A DNA stretch of 32,000 nt from Candidatus Midichloria mitochondrii IricVA (lineage in GTDB: Bacteria > Pseudomonadota > Alphaproteobacteria > Rickettsiales > Midichloriaceae). Numbering within the stretch: position 1 is the stretch's first letter; each line of letters begins with the position of its first letter. Below the pieces are notes generated by a model. The model saw only the letters and a program-made list of their open reading frames with translations, had not been told where the DNA came from and searched no databases. The position numbers and the translations under genes are program-made. Shown one piece after another: positions 1 through 8,258 of the stretch. The stretch spans positions 60,001-92,000 of the forward strand of contig NC_015722.1 of assembly GCF_000219355.1 (NCBI RefSeq), written 5' to 3'.

Positions 1-242
1 CGGCGCACAAACAGTCTTTGTCTTAAACCGGAAATCTTTTTCTCTATTTCATCCATAATCTTCAAGGCCAAGATGGAACTATCGTATGAGGGGTAGAGTA
101 CCAGAAATTAAACTGCAGTCAATTGCTTCGTTAGCTAATATGGCTATGTAATCTTCTCTTAAAGACTTGCATATAAATCTCGAAACTCTGCTAGCATTCT
201 ATTGCGTCTGTTGGAGGTGTTTAGCTTTTTAGGTTTTGCGAT

Positions 243-1567
243 ATGGCGAGTGATATGCTTGTGGGTATAGGTGCCTTTAAAACTCTAACAATGTCCTGTT
301 TACTGGAGGTATAATTGACATAGGCTCTAATAACATAAAAAGCTAGAATCCCTTTCAAAGTTTCCCGAGCAAATAAAGGTGAGTACCTGAATAATCAGGG
401 TTTATATCCGGTTATCTTCGTTAATTTTAAAGATGTTACGGGAAGTACATGGCAAGAGGTAGAAAGCAAGTTAAGATTAACAATTAGTAATCTTTATATG
501 GGTTGTAGATATGTATCATGCTACTTGCGGGGTGCTGTGTCCAATCCGAAATCCAGCTACTCAGACAAATATGAAGCTACTGAGTTTTTAAAAAGATACA
601 ATGCTCTACGTGAAGATAAAGCTGCCGACACAAATAAAGCAGAACTGGAGGATAGTTTAAGATTTTTAAGCGAGCTTTTAAGTAAAATCCATGGACGACC
701 GGTATACATTTTAATAGATGAATGTGATAAAACTGTTAATCACTTATTAGAAGCAGACAATCCCGATCATGAACTTATAAAAAAGACTACTGAACTGATG
801 TCAAATATTAGTCTGCTTGTGGTAAAGACAACAATTATTTAAAGAAAAATATACTAACTGGAATGTTCGATAGTGTAAAAAAAGAAGGGCAATCTAGTTT
901 TAATAACGTCAATACGTATGGCATAAGTGATACTAAATTTAGTAAAAGCTTTGGTTTTAGTAATGACGAAGTTGATACTTTAATTAATAAATTGCAGTTG
1001 AGTAATAAAAGCGCGATTATCAAGCAAAACATAAAAGACTGGTATAACGGCTATACTGCCCCCGTATCAGATAATGCTGCTGTTCAAGTTTATACACCTT
1101 GGTCGGTAATGAGTTATTTAAAAGAGGTTAGTTTAGATAATTTACAGCCCCAAAGGTTATTGGTCTAAAAAACCACTACCAGCATAATACTGCAGCGCCT
1201 GCTGCGTAAAACTGCAAGCAATAATATACTTAATAAATTTGAAAAATTAACGGCAGGACAAGAATTGGAATTTGGGTATGAGCCACTTGCTTATTTATTA
1301 AAATTTGAAGAAAATTTAAGGCGAGATATTAATATTGAAGAAGCCATTTTTTCTTATTTGTTGTTTAATGCCGGTTATTTAACTGCAAGAACTGAAGGAG
1401 TTAGATATTACTTTAAAATTCCTAATTTTGAAGTGAAAAGAGATTTTGCATTGGTTATTAGAGATGAGATCCAAGTAATGGAAAAGGATGGCACTATATT
1501 GAGTTCAAAACTCGGGCGAACTTTATTGAAAGCACGGGACAATTTAGAATTTAAGAATTATCAATAG
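243..1567 (+). pseudogene. Fragmented AAA-ATPase-like (predicted AAA-ATPase family) gene remnant
   Basis: ORF pieces 498-842, 863-1168 and 1265-1567, plus unlisted pieces from ~243, read colinearly as one protein broken by stops and frameshifts. Motifs in order: LVGIGAFKTL, LYPVIFVNFKDVTGSTWQEV, VYILIDECDK, GFSNDEV..KDWYNGY..VYTPWSVMSYL, LLFNAGYLT..KIPNFEV. This order matches my memory of the AAA-ATPase_like family, which usually carries a C-terminal PD-(D/E)XK domain. The P-loop segment and the C-terminal nuclease part appear deleted. Confidence 0.7.
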
Positions 1568-2243
1568 GCAGTAAAGCTGATTTTAAAAGAAGATAAAGTG
1601 GATTAGAACAGCTCTTTAAGGAGCGTAAAGATGCCTCATGCGACAGCCCAAGCTTGCAAACTTTAGTTTATTACGGCTTAGTGCGATCATAGGCAATGAA
1701 GATATATTACAAGTGCTACTCAAATATTGTAACCCGAAATTCATGGGCGCAAAGCAGGCAAACAATAAACTTAAAGTAGCGGATTTTTGTTTACATGTTT
1801 AGTAAGATAATGAATAGAAGATAAGAATCTATCCATTCATATACCAGATTTAAAGGAGAACATAATATGTTATCCATTTGTAGGGTTTTATCTTTTATAT
1901 GGTCTTGGCATGGCCTCTATTATAACGGGAGGCATTAAATTACTTAATAAAAATTTACTCCAAAAGAGGTGAGTGACCAGAAGTTATTAGCAATACTTGC
2001 CTTTTAACAGATATAGTTCTTACTTTAGCCAAAGAGGCTACCCTAAAACATTGGTAACGATAAATTTGGTCTATGCGAGAATTATGATAAATACCACAGT
2101 ATTGACCGAGATAGCGAGGTCCATGAATTATTCAAGAGATTTGAGAAATATGTGTTAGAGCACCGTGGATCTTATGTAGTTCTTGGAGAGCAATGTGCTG
2201 ATAAATATACTAAGATTAATCCCACTGAGGTACAAATATTTAG

Positions 2244-2673
2244 CCTCAGTTTGACGTAAGGAGTAGGGCCCGTGAGCCTATTTTTCCATGAGATATATTG
2301 GGTTTGAAGACATAAGCCAAGAGCCCTGAGAAAGAGGTCTGCCAAGAAATTGTTTGGCGAGCGATGCCGTGGCGCTGGATTTGGCAAATCTCTTTCAATT
2401 GTCCGATGGCTGTTTCAATCAATCCACGCCCTGCAAGAAGCAGTTGTTTAAAAGCCGCAAGCGGGTTTTGTTTTTCTTAAGCCGTGTGATGAGCTCAATA
2501 CCTTGATTGCTCAGTGTTTTTTGCTTATATACCACGACTCCGAATAGAGGCCTGTCAATATTGAGTCATTTTCGACAACGGCTCGATCATTGTATTACCC
2601 GAAGTCAGTGTGAATGACATAATCTCTCCTTGATCATTGAGCCAAAGAACCATCCGGTTGACGTTTTCCCACG
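2244..2673 (-). mobile_element. Truncated IS982-family fragment (3' half only), copy C
   Basis: Starts with the same terminus as the two longer copies (CCTCAGTTTGACG...). It is colinear with 11979-~12428 apart from several indels. Homology stops abruptly at ...ttttcccacg (2673), where symporter-derived sequence begins. Confidence 0.8.
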
Positions 2674-2907
2674 TTTCTCTGCTAATCCCATAGTAGAAGC
2701 AGAACCTATCTCAGTTAGAAAAACAAAGTAGTTAACAATAACAAGATTAGGAAAATTCCTACCACCCAGTGTATACTCTTTAAGTGTTGTGACTGATTTG
2801 TATTTATACAGCCCAACGGCAATACAAACCACAAAGTAAAGAATGATGATAGCTATATCAATAATATGAATGTTATGCATTAGTTTACACACGTTTTTGT
2901 TACTCAA
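2605..2907 (-). pseudogene. Chimeric ORF: inverted copy of the first ~78 symporter codons fused to out-of-frame IS982 sequence
   Basis: Its first 59 residues (MSNKNVCKLMHNIHIIDIAIIILYFVVCIAVGLYKYKSVTTLKEYTLGGRNFPNLVIV) are identical to the 3277-4869 product. A short indel-affected stretch follows, then TEIGSASTMGLAEK. The tail RGKTSTGWFFGSMIKERLCHSH is read from the IS fragment. Confidence 0.6.
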
Positions 2908-2973
2908 CCATATAAATTAGTTACAATTAACAAGTTAAAAAAGCAAACTAATTTTCAATTTATAAAGATAATA
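2674..2973. repeat. Left arm of a ~300-bp inverted duplication (symporter upstream region plus 5' CDS, inverted)
   Basis: By manual comparison it is the reverse complement of 3212-3507. I saw only four single-base indels: actaatttt vs actatttt; cagttagaaaaac vs cagttgaaaac (two extra bases); gttaacaata vs gttacaata. Confidence 0.85.
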
Positions 2974-2988
2974 TATTGGTCAAAATAT

Positions 2989-3209
2989 GTAGTGATAGAG
3001 CTGCCTGATGATCAAGAGCTAGATTTGGAAGATAGAATAGCTATTACTCATGAAATAATAGAGGAAATGGTGTGGGAGTGCAAATAGATATTCATAAACC
3101 GCATAAAGGAGGAAGGAACTGGCACGCCCGTTTGCTTATTACTACTAGAAGATTTGCAAGTGATGGTGAATCTCTAGGAGGTAAGGCATTAGATATTAAG
3201 TCCTCAGAT
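2989..3209 (+). pseudogene. traA: TraA-type relaxase (MobA/MobL domain) fragment, frameshifted
   Basis: Two frames read VVIELPDDQELDLEDRIAITHEIIEE and then GVGVQIDIHKPHKGGRNWHARLLITTRRFASDGESLGGKALD. This resembles the ...LP.EL...e...aiH.d...NpHaHil.ttR...dG..fg.K histidine-triad region of MobA/MobL relaxases. It lies in the spacer between the inverted arms. Confidence 0.6.
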
Positions 3210-3211
3210 AT

Positions 3212-3507
3212 TATTATCTTTATAAATTGAAAATAGTTTGCTTTTTTAACTTGTTAATTGTAACTAATTTATATGGTTGAGTAACAAAAACGTGTGTAAA
3301 CTAATGCATAACATTCATATTATTGATATAGCTATCATCATTCTTTACTTTGTGGTTTGTATTGCCGTTGGGCTGTATAAATACAAATCAGTCACAACAC
3401 TTAAAGAGTATACACTGGGTGGTAGGAATTTTCCTAATCTTGTTATTGTAACTACTTTGTTTTCAACTGAGATAGGTTCTGCTTCTACTATGGGATTAGC
3501 AGAGAAA
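3212..3507. repeat. Right arm of the inverted duplication (native symporter upstream region plus 5' CDS)
   Basis: Reverse complement of 2674-2973. It includes 65 bp upstream of the TTG at 3277 and the first ~77 codons. Confidence 0.85.
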
Positions 3508-4869
3508 ATATACACTTTAGGGGTATTTTTTTTAGTACCCATACTAGTAATGCCAATTGCTATTTGGTCAATAACAGCTCTGGTATATGGCAAAAATATA
3601 GATCAATTCACCGGATGTATTTCAGTGAGTGATATTATGAATAAATTGTATGGTAAAGTGGGGAGATGGGTTACTAACATTGCTGCAGTGCCAATGTCTA
3701 TTATGGTAGTCACCATGCAATCCACAGCTCTAGGATATCTGTGTCACTACTTTTTTTCGATACCTGTTTCGTCAAGTGTAATACTCAGCACGTTAATATT
3801 GGCACTTTATTCAGCATTTGGTGGAATACGTGCCGTTGCATATACTGATGTCTTCCAGTTTTGTGTTTTGATGTTAGCGATACCTTCAGCTTGCTTCATT
3901 GTATATGGCATGGAGAGCGGAGGAGGAATAATGCATTGGCATAGAGTGTGGGATCAGTTACCTCAGGATATGCTCGAGTTCAATATTGATAGAAACAATA
4001 TTGCTCTGTTTCTAAGCCTAATATTGTTTAGTTGCATTCCACAGACTGAAGGAACTTTTATACAAAGATTTCTTTTAACTAGAAACTCAAAACAACTAAT
4101 GCAATGCATAAAAGCTGTTATTCCATTAAACATATTTTTTATAATTTCAGTTTGTTTGATTGGTTTTTTAGTTAAAGCCAAAGCCCCGGATATCGATCCT
4201 AACACAGCATTTGTTTATTTTATTGCAAATTATTTAATTATTGGAATTAAGGGATTAGTGATTGCAGGCTTGCTTGCAGTTATAATGTCTACAGCTGATT
4301 CTTGGTTAAATACCACTAGTGTACTTATAACCCATGATATAATTAGAAAATTGATTTCTTTAAATGATAGGCAATCATTGGCTGTTGCTAGATGCTCTAC
4401 TTTTACCATGGCTGTTCTGGCAATAATTTTGTCTATATATGAAATAGGAATATTGGAGCTAGAATGGATAGGAGGTAATTTTTGGATGCCTATAATAGTA
4501 ATACCTCTGTCTGCTGGCTTCTTAAAGTTTAGGACAAATTCTAAATCCTTTGTAGCTTCAGTTGTACTAGCTATAACCTTTACTTGTGTTAGTGGCTATA
4601 TAGTAGGTGATTTTGCAACGATCAGCCTAATATGTGGCATGATAGGTAGTGCCGTAGGTTTATTTGGTATGCATCACTGGCAGAAAGGTCAAGGTATGGA
4701 CCCAGCCGCCAAACATAAAGCACAAGCTGCTATAGAGGAAAAAGAACAATCTAAAATTGGATATGCCAACAGCGCTGAACAAATTGAAGAATGGTATCAA
4801 GAAAGTAGTGACAGAAATAAAAAAATAGAATCTTTAGTAAATGATTTATCAAAAAGTAGGCTACATTGA
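3277..4869 (+). CDS. Sodium:solute symporter (SSS) family transporter, substrate unknown
   Basis: An uninterrupted 530-aa ORF that is hydrophobic throughout. The SSS-like core is LGGRNFPN...TEIGSASTMGLAEK...ALYSAFGGIRAVAYTDVFQF. The track start is TTG at 3277; ATG at 3304 (MHNIHIID...) is an equally plausible start. A hydrophilic tail of about 60 aa closes the protein. Confidence 0.8.
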   Translation: MSNKNVCKLMHNIHIIDIAIIILYFVVCIAVGLYKYKSVTTLKEYTLGGRNFPNLVIVTTLFSTEIGSASTMGLAEKIYTLGVFFLVPILVMPIAIWSITALVYGKNIDQFTGCISVSDIMNKLYGKVGRWVTNIAAVPMSIMVVTMQSTALGYLCHYFFSIPVSSSVILSTLILALYSAFGGIRAVAYTDVFQFCVLMLAIPSACFIVYGMESGGGIMHWHRVWDQLPQDMLEFNIDRNNIALFLSLILFSCIPQTEGTFIQRFLLTRNSKQLMQCIKAVIPLNIFFIISVCLIGFLVKAKAPDIDPNTAFVYFIANYLIIGIKGLVIAGLLAVIMSTADSWLNTTSVLITHDIIRKLISLNDRQSLAVARCSTFTMAVLAIILSIYEIGILELEWIGGNFWMPIIVIPLSAGFLKFRTNSKSFVASVVLAITFTCVSGYIVGDFATISLICGMIGSAVGLFGMHHWQKGQGMDPAAKHKAQAAIEEKEQSKIGYANSAEQIEEWYQESSDRNKKIESLVNDLSKSRLH

Positions 4870-4993
4870 TATACCAACCATCACTCGTGAATTGTTTATA
4901 ATGTGCGTGAATGACCTAAATGGAGAATCATAGAAAAGCTTAAATACGGTATATGAATCAGAGAATAAAAAGCGTGAGACTAATATATAGATA

Positions 4994-5313
4994 GTGTACA
5001 CAACATTGATATAATATTATCATTTTATACCTCGTTACATGTATATGTGTTGTATTATATAAGTTTAAATCAACAAAAACATTACAAGATTGTACATTGG
5101 GAAGGGGCTATGTTCCTAATATAATTCTTATTTCAACTATACTTGCCACTTTTATAGGAGCTGGATCTATTCTAGGGGTAGCAGAAAAGGTGTACAAATT
5201 TGGCATATTTTATATGATTCCTTTCCTATGTATGCCATTTTTTTGGCTGGTTACAGCCCAAATATACGGCAAGAACATTAAACAATTTCGTGGTTGTATG
5301 TCAGTCAGTGATA
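4994..5313 (+). pseudogene. 5' fragment of a second, paralogous SSS symporter (frameshifted, truncated)
   Basis: VHNIDII / IIILYLVTCICVVLYKFKSTKTLQDCTLGRGYVPNIILISTILATFIGAGSILGVAEKVYKFGIFYMIPF...YGKNIKQFRGCMSVSD aligns residue for residue with the N-terminus of the 3277-4869 product. There is one frameshift near 5010. Homology ends at ~5313, where TraA-like sequence starts. Confidence 0.75.
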
Positions 5314-5329
5314 TGCAAAAGTTAAAGGC

Positions 5330-6976
5330 AGAGCACTTATTATGCCGGAAGATCAGACAATTCATGAAAGAGCTAAGGAAGTAATTAACAGATATTTTGC
5401 AAAAATAGCATCAACGAGATCACAGAGCAAAATAAAATATTAAAGCTTGCTCATCTTCAGGTTATCAAAGGGGTAAATGGGGTATTAAACCGAATTATTC
5501 ATCATCAAGCTATTTTTAACCAAGTCTGATATAGGGCGAGCATTAAAAGAGATTCGAGATAATGAGACAAAGGAAAATTTACTCCAGGAGGTACTAAATT
5601 CAGATAGATTAATTAAATTATATAATGAAGATGGTAAGAGTACTAAATACTATACCACTGTAGATATTAGGGATGAAGAATTGAGGTTAGTTAGGATATC
5701 TGATAAGACAAATAGCCAAATATGTTTTAATGATCTACTTAATAATATCATTAAGATCAAAGATGATATAGATAGATTATCAGATATTAGTAGAACTCAA
5801 AGGGAAGCGCTACAACATATTTTAGTTAATAGCCAAGGGATAGGATCTTACGGGGAAGAGCAGGAACTGGTAATGGCTGCTGCCTATAAAATTCTCAACA
5901 ATTATAGACAAAATGTCATAGGTCTTGCTCCTACCCATAAAGCAGCATCAGAGCTTAAAAGTAAAGGATATAAGTGCAGTAGAGGGATTTCTATTTAAAC
6001 TGTACAATGGTAAAGTAAAATTATCAAAAGGTAGTCTGCTAGTAGTAGATGAAGCAAGAGTGGTGGGTGATAGTGATTATTTGGAATTATTGAAGGTAGC
6101 AGGAAAATATAGCTGTAATCTGATACTTTCAGGAGATGAGAGGCAACTTACCTCGATTGAGCGAGGAGGAATGTTTGGGGTATTTGCAAATTGGTTTGGT
6201 TCATATGAATTGAATAATATTAGAAGGCAAGGCAGATAATGGGCAAGAGAGATGTCATTATGTTTTGCCAACAAAAATATTGTAGGTAGTTTGGCGTTAC
6301 TTGAGCAACACAATGGTTTAAAGGCGGATCATTAAATTAGAAGAGTCGATAAATAGGTTAATTAACGACTGGAGTAGTAGTAAATATCCCATAGATGAGC
6401 GTTTAATTATTAGCTTACGTAAGAGGAAGTAGATATTTTAAATCAAGGAATAAGGGAGATACTAAAGGCAAGAGGAGTTTTAACCGGCAAAGAATATAGG
6501 CGTTATGTATCAACACATGAAGATTATATGTCAGGAGATCGTATTGTGTTTAGATCTACTAGTAAGGATTTACAGGTTGAGAATGGTGAATTTGCGACAA
6601 TAACTTCAGTAAGTGATGATAAATTGACAGTTAAAACAGATAGTGGAAAAGAAATAGGATTTAATCCTCAAGAAGTAAGTTTTAAGCATGGATATGCATC
6701 TACAGTCTACAAAGCCCAAGGTGCGTTCAATTAAAGATGTATATGTATTACACAATATGGTTGGTAATAGCAGGAATTCATATGTAGCAATGACAAGAGA
6801 TATAGAAGAGGTAAAACTCTATTATAATAGAAGAAGGTACCCGAAACATGGCAAGTTTAATATGTCAGCTTAGCAGGATAGATAATAGGCTATCAAGTAT
6901 TGGTTTTCAGACATTAGAAGAATTAAATGCAATTGATAAGATTCACAACAAAAATCTGGTATCATGGATAAAGTAG
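5330..6976 (+). pseudogene. traA: TraA_Ti-like conjugative relaxase/helicase, central and RecD-like helicase part, many frameshifts
   Basis: Pieces in several frames: HHQAIF..SDIGRALKEI, LSDISRTQREALQHIL, VIGLAPTHKAASELKSKGY, LLVVDEA..V, LILSGDERQLTSIERGGMF, FKHGYASTVYKAQG, YVAMTRDIEEVKLYY, LSRIDNRLSS. This is the AAA_30/UvrD_C-type helicase motif order seen in Ti-type TraA of Rickettsiales conjugative elements. Confidence 0.75.
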
Positions 6977-7105
6977 GAGTCTGGTTTAAAGGTGTAGTAG
7001 AAGACAAAATTGACTGCAAACCACAAAACTCAAGGAGGGCTCTTGAGCTCTCCCCGAGAAGCTGGCAATGTAGATAATACAACGATAAAGTTAAAAGAGG
7101 AAGCT

Positions 7106-7822
7106 ATGAATAATCGGAATAAGATTTATAGTGAGGAAGATCTTGGGGAATTAAAGGAGAAATTATCATATAAAGCCACAGAAATAGTCACAGCTCTTTT
7201 GGGGCAGACCAAATGAGAAGGAGAGTTTATCAAATAATTATAGCTTGCGCTGGAGAGAAGATGGACGGTGCAAAGAGAAAAAAGTTGCAATTTTTCTGAG
7301 GCTGAAAAATATTTGCAAGAAACGTTTTTAAGTAGAAAAGAGAAAGAAGTGGTACATTTCACTCAACAATTGAAAAAAGATGACCAGCAAGAAACTGAAG
7401 AATCTAAAATTAAGAGAGCTACAGGGTTATATGAAAAATCAAGATTAGTGATGAATGATGGTGATATAGAGAAACAGTATTTAAACAAGTATCGCAGGCT
7501 TGAATCTGTGTTGGAAAAATTAGGTAAGGATATTAGAGCCAATCAGATGTGGGATAGCAATAGTAAGCAATATTATCCTGCTTTAATTGCTTTTGCGAGA
7601 GATAAAGATAGGAATGTTACTGGGGGACAATCTATTTACTTGGATAAAGGAACAGCCTCTAAAACAGATATCGAGGTTAGTAAACCTTCATTTGGTAAGA
7701 TAAGTGGTTCTTTTGTAGAAATTAGTAAAAAACAAAGAACTGAAGCAATTAATAAACAAGTCAGCAATTCATTTAGTAATGTAACGATTATAGCAGAGGG
7801 GTTAGAGACCGCCTTAAGATGA
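7106..7822 (+). pseudogene. Toprim-domain primase-like protein (TraC/P4-alpha-like), frameshifted and 3'-truncated
   Basis: ATG at 7106 follows AGAGGAAG. The N-terminal ...ATEIVTALLGQTK is followed by a frame break. Then comes ...YYPALIAFARDKDRNVTGGQSIYLDKGTASK...KPSFGKISGSFVEI...VTIIAEGLETAL, a Toprim-like pattern (pAl..p..d..G...g...tyL....K.....G...G..v.l...l.i.EGiEtaL). A stop falls right after ETALR. Confidence 0.6.
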
Positions 7823-8167
7823 TTTCTGTAGAGTTATCAATACGACGCACTGCGTCAACAACTAGTAATAGCCTTAATATATCATCAGCCGTATTTTAAA
7901 AAGCCCTTATTTCAGTCCTGTCCTTTACATTATTTCAGGGGGTATTTTTATACAGTGTTCGCCACAGGGAAATCTAGAATCTCCTAGTACATAATTACCA
8001 ATATAAAATCGACCACTCCACATTACCTGCTAAAAAGCATTATCAGAGCCGCTTTATATAACTTTTTATAATAGCTTCAAACCAAAAGTGTTAATAAGTA
8101 GCGCTTTTTATTACTGGACAGCATAAGCTTTTATTGCTATAAGGAGCCATACACTCAAACACCCCAT

Positions 8168-8244
8168 GGGACCTTAGTTCAGCTGGTTAGAACGCACCGC
8201 TCATAACGGTGTTGTCGCAGGTTCAAGTCCTGCAGGTCCCACCA
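8168..8244 (+). tRNA. Elongator-type tRNA with CAU anticodon, most like tRNA-Ile2 (lysidine) but possibly tRNA-Met
   Basis: Folds by hand as GGGACCT/TA/GTTC-AGCTGGTTA-GAAC/G/CACCG-CTCATAA-CGGTG/TTGTC/GCAGG-TTCAAGT-CCTGC/AGGTCCC/A/CCA. The G1-C72 pair rules out an initiator. The variable loop, T-arm and 3' end (GTCGCAGGTTCAAGTCCTGCAGG) closely resemble E. coli ileX as I recall it. CCA is encoded. Confidence 0.9.
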
Positions 8245-8258
8245 CATTTTTTATAATT

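Noticed and set aside
1-56. Minus-strand ORF start (MDEIEKKISGLRQRLFVR…) running off the left edge.
   Set aside because: Only 18 codons are visible and no identifiable motif is present, so it cannot be supported as a gene.
1640-1800. Possible ankyrin-repeat remnant (…TLVYYGLVRS / GNEDILQVLLKYCNPKF…).
   Set aside because: It is a single degenerate repeat-length match across two frames, too short to distinguish from chance.
1857-1975. Short SD-preceded ORF (AAAGGAG then ATG at 1867, 23 aa) and an overlapping hydrophobic frame (…FVGFYLLYGLGMASIITGGI…).
   Set aside because: The ATG frame is tiny and the hydrophobic frame lacks a start codon. It sits in a region of obvious gene debris.
7844-7856. 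Perfect palindrome GACGCA-C-TGCGTC just after the truncated Toprim gene.
   Set aside because: A 6-bp half-site palindrome is expected by chance in 32 kb. There is no second copy or adjacent regulator.
7823-8244. tRNA(CAU) as the attachment site of the decayed conjugative element.
   Set aside because: Integrative elements usually insert at the tRNA 3' end and lie downstream of it, but here the relics lie 5' of the tRNA. I saw no partial tRNA direct repeat or integrase in the window, so I mention it only as proximity.
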